DNA of 64,000 nt from Podarcis gaigeae (taxonomy: Eukaryota), in NCBI GenBank assembly GCA_964106915.2, contig OZ066916.1, one strand, 5' to 3'. The stretch's first letter is position 1. Every line of letters begins with the position of its first letter. Positions 36,490-49,644 of this stretch are shown piece after piece. A model generated the notes under the pieces. It was not told the origin of the DNA and ran no database searches. It saw only the letters and a program-made list of their open reading frames with translations. A program made the translations under genes and the position numbers.

Positions 36490-39400
36490 AGCATGGCTTG
36501 GAGTCAATAAGTGACTGCTGAAAATGAGCAGAATACTTGTGAATTCTAGTAAGCAGTTTCTACAACTCTTCCCCAAACCTAGGCCCTTATATCTATTTCT
36601 GCTGGAATTTGAATGAGGGCAAGAAATTCTGAGTAAACTTCCTTCCTTCCTCCTTGTGTTGCCCAGATTGATTCATGGAATTTCTCTCTCAGTTTTTGTC
36701 CATCTAATGGTTAGGCTAAGGATGCTAATATCATTAAGATTATAGACTCGTGTAGCTGGAAGAGAATGAATCACCCCAGGACAGTACATTCACCAGCTCC
36801 CTATAATTCAGCCTTGTTGATCAAGGCGACAGCATGTCACATGTAGGGGAAAAGGTGAAAATAAACGTGGCTGGAAATATTGCTAGCTTATCACATCTTT
36901 TGTGCACAGGCCATGGAATATGGTAGATTTCAATCAACGACCTTTCTGAAGATTTCAAAAGAAGTGCTGGGGCATAGCCAGCATTTCACTTCAATTTATT
37001 AATTGTGATAAGTCACTGCTGAATTTACAGTTCTTGACCCATTGTTCATTCCATTAAACAAATGCAACCATTCCTAGTTGCCTTAAAAAAAGAAAGGAAA
37101 AAAGTACACAGCAAGTTTTCTTACAACTTCAGGATGCAAAGAAAGATTACTTTGTTTATGTGAAGCTAAGGGAGGAATTTTAGACCAAAGAAAATAGCTC
37201 AAGCTGGAATCTAAGCTGAATTTTAAAGATACTTTTTGAGGGTTACTTTTACAAAATTTTCAATCCAAAACTATTGAGAATTTTGTTACTGGTTTTAACA
37301 AGGTGCCATAGAATGCTGTATGATCTCATTCTACTTCAGTTTTAGATGCGTCATGGAAGTAGAAAAGTGTTGCACTGTTGCTTCTTAGAAGAAGCCTAAA
37401 CAAGGGACATTATTTTTTAATTCTATTAAATCAGAACATTGCATTGTTTTGAATTGCCAGCATTAAGTGGAGTAAAAAGATAATACTGCATTTGCAGCTT
37501 ACAGTGAATTTTTGCTGAAACTACTTCTAGATATGCCCCTACAAGCTGGAGGATATGTACTTGGCGAGCATTAGTTTGACAATAAATTATTTCAGGAAAC
37601 ACTCAGCAGTAGGTAGCTTCTGTTTCTCCTTGGATATTTGAAAGGGATGGCTCAAGTGAGTTGGGAGTGGATCAGTACCCTGTACAATTGCTAGTAGATA
37701 CTACTAGCATCAATTCTTTACTAAGTAGGGTGTGCAGAATTGCAACCATAAATGGATTTTCTGTGCCTTCGGTGCAGAAGGGAAATATTAACTTTATACA
37801 GTCCTTATTCTGTCACCTTAAATTTATATCAAATGACTAATAAACACCAAATAAAACATGTCAATTTACTCAAGTCTTGATAGTTTGGGGCCAAAAAAAA
37901 AATCACTGCTTTAAACATCCGCTTTATATAAGAAGACAGTTTCAGCCAACATTGCCTTAGATTCAGCACTTTATCTGGCATTTGCTCTGAATACACTCTG
38001 CTGCCGCCAACCATGTGACCTTGCACCTGTTATTGACTCACTCAAGTGTTTGATTGCTGGCTCCTTTTGTCTGTGTATCTGTACGGAGGTGTGAAAATGA
38101 CTTTTTTTGTGACATGATCTCTAGGCTGTCTCAGCACCTGCATCCTCTGTCAATGGCAGATCGGCATAAGCAGAGTCAATTTGCATCAAGCAAGAGCAGT
38201 TTTGATTGTGCCTCTGCTTGTCATATGGCCTCACTGACGGAGGCTGCCTGCAGCTGGTGAGAATATGCCTCTTTTCTCCAAGGGCGGCTCTTGACTGTTC
38301 AGTGAAAAGATGGCAATTCTCATTCTGGGATTAAAGCCTCATCCTCTGGGAATGCTGATGCCGCAGATGCCATTTATTTAAGAGAAGCTTGAGCTCGCAG
38401 ATCCCTTTAAGGAGCACTCTGGTGCAAATCTTTTTGTTGCACACTTGGGCATTGAACTAGCTCCGGTAATGTTATTTATTTTAAGGCATTCTGCGCCATC
38501 TTCCTGTCAGACATGACATTCAAGGCAGCTTATAGTTTCATAAAAGCAAAATGAATTTTTCAAAAACCACTGTAAGAACAGAGGGTGATGCCTAGCATGG
38601 GCATGCACACAGGGTGTGTCAGGTGTGCAGTAGCAACTGGAAGGCACCATTTATCTATTTATATACTGTGCCTCAGCCCTGTGTGTTTAGCAAAATATAT
38701 ACCAGCTCCATTCACATCCGGATGTTCATCTGTGCCCCACTGAAATGATGTGCATCTCCTATCCAGAGCCACCCCTTTAACTGCCTGGAGATCATGTCAC
38801 AATTTTTATGTAGGGTGGCATAGAGATTAGGACTAGATGTTGCCTTTTTTGTTTGCCTTTCCCATTAATGATACTGCTTTAAACAGCTGCTCCTAGATTC
38901 TTATCTGATGCTTCCAATTTATTTTCTGGCCTGAAGTATTTGCTCTGCTCTCCTTCTCCTCAACATCTGCAGTTTTGCTGTAATTCATTATCTGGGTTGT
39001 ATCCAACTAAGTCATACTCACATAGACCCACTGAAATGAATGCACTTACATTAATCATGCCCACTGACTTCAATGGGTCTTCCCTTATCTCACCAAATTC
39101 ACAGCATTTCCATGACTTCTGCCACCTCTTACCATTTCTTGCATCGTCTGACCTCTTTGGGGTATTAACTTCTCTTACATCAGAACCAAGAGAAAAACTC
39201 TTAGAAAACAATATTGGTCTAAGGAACTTCATAAAGAAAGCACAAATGTTCTTCCATCCTGAAATGGATGGAATGCCCCTAGCTCTTGTCTTCTAGCAGG
39301 TCAGTCAAAGATTGTTGCCCTTGCAGATTTTGAAGAGTTTCAGCTGTCATCTCCAACGCCTCATTTATCTGAGCACTTCTTCTAACTGACACCATGCTTT

Positions 39401-39541
39401 CTGTGATGGTCTGGTTGGCTTGTTCTCCTAATACAGAAGTTGCTTCTCTGCTAACTCTGCTCTTTGTCCTGGACTCTGATGGCTCCCCACCCCCAATAAT
39501 AGACTCCCCAGTCCTCCCTTGCCCTGAGCCTACTCGCTTGA

Positions 39542-40000
39542 TGTCATGGGCAGGCTGGATGCAAAGGAGTGGTGGGAGGTACCAGCTGGGGAACCCCCAA
39601 GGGAACCTCCAGGGGAAGAAGGCTCAGAGCCAGAGGATTGGTGGTGGGACAAGAATGGTCAGAGAGCTAAGAGGGGGCAGACTGGGAGGAGGAGGTGTCG
39701 GAAACCTGAAGAGGTAACAGGGTTTAGTGAGCAGGAAAAGGCGGAGACGGAGTGCAGTCCAGAATCAGAGACAGAAGTGGAGGTTGGAGAAGAGTGGGGG
39801 CAGGACTGAAGAAGCTAGGGAGTATTTGTCTCCTGCTGTGACCATCTCCCTTCCCTTCCAGTGTTCCAGAACACGGAGAGGAATAAAGAGCTTGGAGCAA
39901 GAGAGAGACAAGACAAAAGAGCCTCAGGTTGCTGGGGGAGGGGTTTTAGAGACCAGTGGGAAGGTGGGAACCTTCAGTTCTTGCAGCTATTGGTGTTGTC
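39542..40000 (+). repeat. Purine-rich interspersed repeat, possibly an LTR remnant
   Basis: Abrupt TGTCATGG start and G/A-rich composition unlike the flanks; no 3' CA end or TSD identified. Confidence 0.3.
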
Positions 40001-40261
40001 CGCTCAATCTACTGGAGCCTATCTTTGCATGCAGGGGAAGTTCCTAACTTATCCACGGTTTGAGACCCATTAGCTACCCTGGTTTAGCTGGCCAGTCAAA
40101 GCGAGGGTGTAGCCACTGTTGTATGCTGACAGCTTCTAGGGGCCACAGATGAGAGCTGAGTGGAGACCAAGGCAGACAAACAACCCCAGAAGGAGCATGG
40201 CATATACCCCACCAGAGGTACTACCCCTACCCCACAAACCCCTGCAATATTATCTTACATA

Positions 40262-40615
40262 CAGTGGTGCCCGCAAGATGAACGCCTCGCAAGACGAAAA
40301 ACCTGCTAGACGAAAGGGTTTTCCGTTTTGGAGGCGCTTCGCAAAACGAATTCCCCTATGGGGTTGCTTCGCAAGACGAAAAAAATCTTGCACCCCCGCG
40401 GTTTTCCCCCGCTTTTTTCGCCCTTTTCTTAAGCCGCTAAGCCACTTATCAGCTGTTCCGCTGATAAGCCGCTTAACAGCTGATTGCTGGAAAGCCGCTT
40501 GACAGCTGTAGCGCTAATCTGCTAAGATGTCAATGGGCTTGCTTCGCAAATCGAAAAAACCGCTATACGAAGAGCCTCACGGAACGGATTAATTTCGTCT
40601 TGCGAGGCACCACTG
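40262..40615. mobile_element. Tigger-type MITE, family B
   Basis: TIRs CAGTGGTGCCCGCAAGA / TCTTGCGAGGCACCACTG, TA TSD, internal repeated CGCAAGACGAA motifs, CpG-rich, 354 bp. Confidence 0.85.
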
Positions 40616-43600
40616 TACTCTGTCCTGGAGTCTATTGGGTGTTCCCCTCCTTGCACAGGCAATACTGCTTTCACTGCTGAGAGCAAAATCTGCAGAGACT
40701 TAGACTTGTGCTTCCTATTCTCTCTCTGTAAACAAGTGAGGTTCCTTTCTTGCTGCTCTTACTTCCTGCCAAGTGTCATCCTGGCCTTTATGCCCATTCA
40801 TAATTGCCTCCTTGGCGAGTATCGCAGCGAACAATGATTTTGTAGACTCTTTCTGTAGGGGTTCTCTTAGCTCGCTCTGAAGGGCTTTCCCAAGGGTAGC
40901 CAGCTCTTATATGGTTTCTTGCCACTTCTTCATGTTCTTCTTGCCTCTAAGCAGAACTGTTTTTGTCATCTGTTGTATTTACTTTAAAATGATTCCCAGA
41001 AAGCTTAGCCCTTCAATTATCAGGGCTCGGGGGGCATTCCTTTGGTTGGGTCCTCAGGCTACCAGCCTTTGCCAACCTGTCGTGATGGGAGTTCTCACCC
41101 AAAACATGCAGAGGGCATCAGGTTGGTGAACCTTGAGCTGAGGAGATTTTTCTTATAAAAGGAGACACATGAAAAGGCATACCCACAGAAACTTCAGGAG
41201 GTGTGGATAAATCTACTTAGTTTATTCAGAGGACTTCATTTTGAACAAAGGTGAGGTTAAAAAAATTAACAGTTTTTTTCTTGCAGATCTATCAATATCA
41301 CGAAACACACAATTCAGCTTTCCAACTTATAAAACCTCATTCATCAGTAATGAAATGTGTGATCCATAGCTAATGAAATGTGTAGCAACAGCTGTACACC
41401 TGAGGGGATTGTAGAACAGGAACAGATCTGACAGCTCCAACTAAACTCCTAGATTCTGGATTTTTCCATTTCTTTCAATGATATGCCCCCCCCCCCCAAT
41501 CTGAAGGCATCAACTGCATGTTATGTCATTCTAGGGTCATGTCAACCACAGATCAACTTTATATTGTAAAATAACAGGGGGAGAAGTGTGCTCTCATCCT
41601 GGGAATATGCAGTGACGAACTATATGGCATTTTAGCTTGGGGATTTAGTGGACCCATATTTAAAAGTTCACGAAGCTGAATGAGAGTTTCTGATTTGGAA
41701 CTGCAATGTGCACAGGAACATAACTCCAGAGAAATGATCTGTTGGTCAGTTTCATGAGTCATCATCATGGAGTCCTCAAGCCTTCTCTGTGTTGAAAACA
41801 AATCGGGAACACTGCTGGAGTCTACACTGTCATCATCAGCAGTGTGGTTGAAGATTTTGTATCCACAGCTTTTAGTATCGATAGAAAACAGAAACTCCAA
41901 TAAACTAGCCATTAAGCTGCCATAGGAACAAAAGACACAGGTACTCTGGATTTTATCCAAAGTACCACACTGCTTTCAGGAGAAAAGAAAAGAAAAACCA
42001 CATGTGAAGATTAGCACTTGTAGACTGATGGCCCTTACTGCATCAAACGGCTGATGCTGCCGTTTTATACTCTCACCAGGTAGCTTTTCCTGTTTTGCTG
42101 ACCATGCATTCTGCAGCTCAGGTGTTCTGTAGGGAGGGGGAGAGAGAGAGAGGTGGATGATTCAAGAAGATAATAAAAGTCACATTTTAAACTTCTGCTG
42201 TGTGTCTGCCTCACATTTAGAAAGTGGGTGAAGGGTTTATATATGAGGGCTCCCATGTGAGGAAGGGCAATATATAATGAAATCATGAAATCATCATCAG
42301 AAGATGTTGAGCTGAAAAGGGAAACAGTGAATCTCTTAGCAGGAAGTTTAGGGAAAAGTCAGTGGGATGATTTCTGAGAGAGGCCCTCAGAGTTGGGAAA
42401 ACATCTTTGCTTGAATTGTTCATCTGAGAATAATCATTGTGCAGGCTTGACTGGAAAGCAGGAAGGTGACAAAGGGTACATGTCTACTGCATAAGAGACT
42501 TTGGCTGTTAAGTTTGAATGAATATGTTCCAGCCTCTTCATAAATCTTGGCAGTCGGTCAGCAACCAAAAAGTTAACCTGATTGTAGTACAAATATATCG
42601 TAGCATTAAAAATTCCAAGTGCTATATGCGTTGTTCCCTAATCAGCTCTTACATGGATATTCAGCAATTACATTAAATTGACATTTTAAAAATCCATTGT
42701 TCCTTTGCACAATGACTTGTATAATTTCCCTAAGAGCTACAACTAGAATATTGCATGCAGATATGGTAAATACAGTTCCAATCTTTTACACACACAATAC
42801 AATGTTTGTTCTGCACCTGCAAGGAATATATATTTTAGTGTATATTTGTATATAATAGATATTCATGTGTACTGTATTTGATAGCTATGTATACATGTTT
42901 TTAACGTATGTGCATATGATAGATCTTTATGTATATTTGTTTAAAAGTCTGTTAATTTTATTTATATTTTGATAATTTTATGTCCTCTTGTTTTTGAAGT
43001 CTGGTGATTTTATCAGTGTTTTACTTAAGGTACACAAGGTATTCTTTTTTTATTAAACGGTCAACAAATCTTGCTTTTAAAATAATCCCACTTTGCCAGG
43101 AACAACACTACCTCTTAGTCTGGTCTACCTCACTGTGTTGTTGTAAAAATAAATCAGACACTTCTTTTTTTTTTTACACACACTGATGTGATTATTATAG
43201 TGGTAGCCTAAACATCTTTACTTCAATGTAAGACCCACTGAGTTTAATGCAGCTTCCTCCTAGCTGATTAGTTTAGGATTGCAGTATTGCTAGGAGAATG
43301 TGACATAAATAAATAAAGTTTAAGAGCATATTCCAGGAGTTGGGCATAGCAGTAATGTATGGAAATGCACATTGGGTTGAGGGGCAGTATATAGGTGTGT
43401 CTCCCCACTTATGTGGGGGTTACGTTCCCACGTAAAATGCAGAATTGTGTATAGTGCGAACACTATCTAAGAGCCTGTAAACACCCTCTAAACTTCTGAA
43501 AACTATTTAAACACCCTTTAAAAACCAGCAGCACTTACCAGACTGGCATGAATGGTGGCAATGATGTCTCTCAGCCTTCCTCATCACTGGAGGATGATGT

Positions 43601-45257
43601 GAAAATAACTACAAAGGGGGTAGACCCAGTACCCCAAAGTGGGATTGCAGTTGCAAAGGTTCCTGGGATTGCTAGCTGTTTTCTTTCTCTTTTCAGGCTG
43701 TTTTTGCCCTTTCCATGCCTTTTTTTGCAGTTTAAACCTATTTATTTACTTATTTCCTGGCTTTGCATGTATTTGCTGTTGCACGTAAGTCAAACATGTG
43801 TCGGGGTGTGTGTGCCTGTACTGAAGCATAAATCTTTAAATAACTGAATTTATTACTTGGAACCTGCCAGAAAGGATATTCTTGATCATCAAAGCTCTGC
43901 TGAAACTTACGAAATCGCAGCATTTCTCTTGCTGCTTAAAATTAATACAAAAACTACAATACGTTGAGAGAAGGATGTGCTTTAAGTGATAACTTGGAAA
44001 GATGTTGTAGACAGAAGCTATGATTCTACAGAGAGGATGGATAATTGTGCGCACAGGGAGAGGTGTATACATGGCATGAGAGAAAAAAAGTGAGAGGGGT
44101 AGATGTACTGGAACATAGATAGGAAGGTTCACCTAGGTTACGTTTTCAAGATTTCCTTTTTTCTTTTGCAACAATGAGGCCTTGGAACTTGCATTTTAAT
44201 ATGAAAACCCAACATTCCAGGGTTTTAACAAAATCATTAGAAACCTGCCCCTCTGTACACAGATTCTGTGAGCCGCCAAGTAATGCAACAGAGTCAAGTA
44301 TTGCTTGTAAAATTGGTTTGCACGGTTACATTTTCCATTCTTTCATGTTTCTTTAATAGCCGCCTGTAGAGAAACAGCCAAAACCAATTTAGAAAGCAGT
44401 TCAGTAGAGAAGCTTTCTCCTTACATTTCTTATAGAAAAATCTCTCTGAGTGTGCAGCATAGACAGAGGTTCATAAATATTCTACAGTCACATTTAAAGA
44501 ATACATAATGTAGTTTCAGCTTTATGATGTATTGTGAGTACTGAGTAAGTATTTACCTGTAAATCCCTCATCTCTTTTAATAATCTATAACACAGGAAAG
44601 CAAATATATAATTGTTAGACCGAGGAATGGGACAAACTACTGTGTTAATTTATTGAAACATTTATAGGTTCCCCCTCCCCAATCAAAGACTCATAAGGCA
44701 GCTAACAACATATATAAAACAAGAATAGTGTTCATTCATAAAAGATAAATGAAAGTGAATTTGGGTACATGGATGGGGAAAACAACTTTAGATGGCAAAT
44801 CTTGTATCTAGAATGAACATATTTGAACTGCTACCTAGCAGGCAAAATTGCCATCTCTTTATCTGAAAGATTGAGAGAGGGTTACTGACAGGAAATTGGG
44901 CATCTTGGTTATTGCTATCCTGAAATGAAAAATTGGAATTCCATTCTTTAAATATTACCTTATTTTTGTTCTTTGCCTTTTATGTTTAAAATAATGTGGC
45001 TACATTTTAGGATAGAGAATTCAAATGCCATGCATGAAATGACTTAGGTGTGATAATTGCCAATAGAATATTGGATTTGGAGTGAGAAGGTCTGGATTCA
45101 GATTCGCATTCAAGCATGATTGCACTAGCCAAAATCTCAGCCAAACCTACTGTGCAAGGTTGTGTGAGTGTGCACTTTGTGATGAGAAGGAAGCAAATTG
45201 CAACTGTGATGAATAAAACAAGGCCACTAACCATCTTTTATATGTATTATATCCTAG

Positions 45258-45368
45258 GACAGTTTTCCAGCTCGCTTTGGAGGAATTCATTTTGTAAATC
45301 AACCATGGTACATCCATGCCCTCTATACAGTTATACGGCCATTTTTGAAAGAAAAGACAAGGAAAAGG
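45258..45368 (+). CDS. CLVS2: Clavesin-2, third coding exon
   Basis: Acceptor atcctag|GAC; reads [37 protein letters not shown]; donor AGG|GTATTT; 111 nt; not in the ORF track, translated by hand. Confidence 0.97.
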
Positions 45369-46063
45369 GTATTTTTCTCTTGTTTGTTTGCATGGTTTTG
45401 CAAAATTGTTCTTTGTTTCTAGATTGATCACTTTGATTGGCAAGCAACACAAGCAGCAGAGGCAGTGCCTGTAGCATTGAAATAAATTCCTTATGAAACA
45501 CATTCACTCATTCTAAAACTATGTTTGTTTCATCATGCAATGTGCCAATGGGGAATGGTTTCTGTTGTTCTATTAAGAGTTTTAACTTCCAAGATATTAG
45601 GAAGCTTTGCAAAATCATAATACAGTAATCATATTTTTTAAAGAGTAAGAACAATTGTAAATATGTTTTATGTAAGAGATAAAACATTGATACCAATAGA
45701 CTTTAGCATCCAGATGATAACAGAGACTAAATAAATTCACCTTCAAACACTGTTCCTTGATCAATCAAAGCCTAGCCCCGATTTTATAAGTTTTACAGTG
45801 CTTTAAAATGTTCTGAACCTAATGCAGTAAGCATAGTTTAAAAATGCTGTGTGTAAGTTAATAAAGAAGCTGTCATGAAATGGGACATAATCAAATTGCC
45901 TGTGTTTTAATTTATGGGGAGGTACATTTTCACAAATCTTGGTTATGTTGGGTGCAGGTTCCTAACCTATTACTTTTATTGAGGTGCATAATGCTATAAG
46001 TAGCCAACATGTGAAGCATTGGAGTAAAATACTCCCAGGAAGCACCCCATCAATAACTGGACT

Positions 46064-46145
46064 ATAGTATTTTGTACCAGCTGATACTTCTGAATATCAT
46101 CTCTGCAGATGATATTCAGAAGTATCAGCTGGTACAGAATACTAT
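46064..46145. repeat. Near-perfect inverted repeat (39-bp arms, 4-nt spacer)
   Basis: ATAGTATTTTGTACCAGCTGATACTTCTGAATATCATCT-ctgc-AGATGATATTCAGAAGTATCAGCTGGTACAGAATACTAT; single T/G mismatch. Confidence 0.95.
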
Positions 46146-47657
46146 GTTGACTAGTCAAAGTTATAAAGTCATGAATGGCTCATGTTAACTTAACATTAGA
46201 CAAAAATACGACACCTGTGTTTTAACATATGGTGATGTACATTTTCACAAGAGTCATAAATGGAAATCTGACCTGCTGGCTTAAAAGAGAAATGGTGGCT
46301 GGACTTTGGGGCATTGATTACTGCAGCACTCTGTGTTTTCATTGCCCATTTTCATCAGTCCAGTGTACCAATTTGTTTGATGTGGACACTAATCAAACTC
46401 CAGGAAAGTACACCAGCAGGAAAACCCACTCATACTGTATGTGTTAGGGCTTTTTTTATCCTTTCCCCAAGAACAACTCTTGCACCACATTCATACGCTG
46501 CCTTTGAAATCTATAGGAAATTCAAAAGCAGCTTGAAATGACATGCTAAGTAGCACTATTCTTTGAAGGGAAAGAAAAGAAAGTTCCACTGTACATGCTG
46601 GAGCCCTTGAGGGTACATGCTAAGGCTAGCTAGATGGCAGCTACTAACTATCTAGAAGCAAAATGCGGTGTCCTGCTGTAGTCAGAGCAAGTGGAATTTG
46701 ATGAAGGAAGAAGAAATAAATTCCATGACACACATCACAGATCCCACTCAGTAGGATATTTAAAAAGACCCTGGTGGGGTGCTGTGGTTTATCTTAGATT
46801 TCTGAGAAGCAGAGATGCTGTGTTATCCAACTCATTCTGGGTTTTTCTCTCCAAAAAGACTGTAGTGTTTCTCGGTCATATGTCAGATTTTTTTTATTTT
46901 TTAGTCTGGAAAATATGCTTGGGGGTGTTTGGGGGCACTTATGAACCTATGATTGCCTATTCTTTTAATATAAACACACACACACACACTGAAAAGCCAT
47001 CTTGCCGGATATATTTGCATTCTCCCTTCAGCTTCTGCCACAAAGTGTCAGCTGCATGAAACTTATTCCGGCATGAGATGCACTGGAAGTGGTCCGAATT
47101 TTAAAATTCTGCCCAGCGGGTTTGTATCCAGTGCTGTGTGAATGGAAGTCCACTTGTACCAAGAAGTATTTTTGCAACCATTTGCTTGCACTAGCTACTT
47201 CAACCTAATTTTGGCAATCCTCCTTCCCTTTTGTACCCTCCTGCCCCACACCTCAGGCCATACTTTAGAATGCCTGCCCTTGGAGAAGTTTTTCAGTGGG
47301 CACAAGAGGCTACATTGGGGAAGAGGTATGTGAACTTCTAATCGCACTGGGTACAATCCAGTACTTATGTTTTCTAATAAATTAGAAACCTTTAAGTGGT
47401 CCTAAAATGCAACATTCCTTAGAGTTTAGCAGAACATATACATACACATTACACACATACATTTATTAGCTAGGATCCATAGAATGAGATGCGTGCACTA
47501 GTGGGATTTTTTTTTTTTTACTTTTCCTCGTTGAACATCAGACATCCCCAGCATAGCTGATTTTTGAAAACCTTGCATGGATTTGCCTTGTGTCAGGAAG
47601 GACTGATATCCGCTGAAGGTGCTGGCTTGTAATGTCTTTGATTCATCCTTTTAACAG

Positions 47658-47878
47658 ATATTTCTCCATGGAAATAACCTCAACAGCCTGCACCAGCTAA
47701 TCCACCCTGAGATTCTGCCTTCTGAATTTGGTGGAATGCTGCCGCCTTACGATATGGGCACGTGGGCAAGAACGCTGCTTGATCACGAATACGACGACGA
47801 CAGCGAATACAGTGTGGACTCATACAACACTTCTGCAAAAGAAGTCGAAAAGGACCTGTCTCCCAAATCCATGAAGCG
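47658..47878 (+). CDS. CLVS2: Clavesin-2, fourth coding exon
   Basis: Acceptor tttaacag|ATA; reads [73 protein letters not shown](R); donor CG|GTAAGT; 221 nt. Confidence 0.97.
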
Positions 47879-48066
47879 GTAAGTTAGGCCTGTTGAAACA
47901 GAAAAGAAGGGTGTAGACATTGACCATTGACGATGCTTGGATGGGGCTAATGGGAGTCGGAGTCCACAAAGTTCTCAAGGGCATGTCAGTAGCTATCTCT
48001 CATGTAGTTGATTTTCTAGACTGAATGACTTCTGCTGAGGGCCAGGACAGTAGCATATGATTTCCT

Positions 48067-48240
48067 AGGAACATAGGAAGCTGCCATGACTCAGTCATAG
48101 TGTTGGTCCATTTAGCGCATCACTGTTGGCACTGTCTGGCAGCAGGTTTTCAAGCAGTATTCTTTATCTACTTGGATATATCAGGAATTTTATCTGAGAT
48201 TTTTGGATGCAAAGCATGAGCTGTGGTGCTTCCCCTATGT
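48067..48240 (-). mobile_element. tRNA-derived SINE (Squam3-like), degenerate
   Basis: AGGAACATAGGAAGCTGCC tail (reverse complement) and ATGCAAAGCA head remnant. Confidence 0.55.
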
Positions 48241-49602
48241 AATTTAGCCATTCCATTAAACTGTAATGCATATTGATGCAGTAACATTCGTTGTTTTGTA
48301 TTAATGCATTTTGAAGTGGAAAAAGAAAACTCCGCTCAAGGCAGCTTGCAACATAGAACATTACATTTTCATTAATGATGTAAAATACAAAGAGAGAGGG
48401 TCAGCAGTTTTAAAAGATCGTAAAATTATTGTTTGCCTCATATAATAAAAGCCTGCCAGAACAGAAAGTAGTGATGGACAGGGACCAAATGCACTTCATT
48501 GATTTGATTGACTATGTATTTCTATGCCACCTTCCATTCAAAGGAGTCCCAACATGGCTTACCAACAATAAAGAACAGCCACAGCTGTAGGCTACAATTA
48601 CAATGTCTGGGCAATTTAGAGCTGACCCCACCAAGGCATATAACACCATTAACAAATCAACAAATCACATGATCATAGGTAATTAGAAAACAATTATAAA
48701 ACAGCAGCTAAAACACAGGCTAAACATTCACCTTCACCCATCTGCACATACTGCCTCAATAATCATTTACTCTACTGATTGAAATACAAATCCCAGCAAA
48801 CAAGAGGACATTGATTCAATAGAAATACCTACAAACAGAACCATAATGTAGCAAAAGCCTTGTCTCCTACACACTGATCACAAAGGGGTGTGTTTGTGGG
48901 CAGCAGCCCCTCTACTGTTCACCAAAGTCAAGCTCTCAGCAAGAGATTGGGATAAGCCCCCTCACAAGCAATCTCAATCCCAACAACAAACAAAAGCAGT
49001 GATATCCTATTACAGATCTATAGGTGGGCTGTCCAGTAATTGGCAGCAGACACACCTCTTCTCTCTTCCCAGTAGCCACATCAGTGTCCAGGCTGCTAGA
49101 GCTGCCAGTGAACTGGGTGGGTGGATGGAATTAGTTCCCTTCCCCCCTTCCCTTTGCTCATACTACCTGGTAGTCTGACAGCCAGTCAGAATTCTCTCCA
49201 TCCACGTTTCATGCTCCAGCTGCTCACCACTAAGAAATTCCTCTCTTTTGTCCCATGCAGCTGTGCTTCCACACTTAGCAGGACACAGAGGATGGCCTCT
49301 CCTTCTGATCTAAGGGAGCAGGTGGGATGGTGTGAAGTTATTGCAAGTCATGGCACTTTCATACCAGCCCTGTGGAGTGTTGTGTGATTCCAGATGTGGA
49401 GGACAACCCATTGGGACACAGATATCAGATATTATCATGAGGGAACCAAGTGAATTCCCCCTTCAGGCATTATCCTGGAAGAACAAAAGCTATGGAATTG
49501 AAACATGAATCTAGCAAAGCAAGCCCAACGAGATATGCCCAACCTGTCAGACATTGCTCATACACCTGTGCAAGCCACGCTGTGTGCTACAGAGTTCAGA
49601 AA

Positions 49603-49633
<31 letters not shown>

Positions 49634-49644
49634 TTATTATTATT
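49603..49644. repeat. (TAT)n microsatellite
   Basis: Directly visible. Confidence 0.95.

Noticed and set aside
43389-43820. Possible old Tigger-like MITE
   Set aside because: Termini too degraded (TATAGGTGTG… / …GTGCCTGTA) to support confidently
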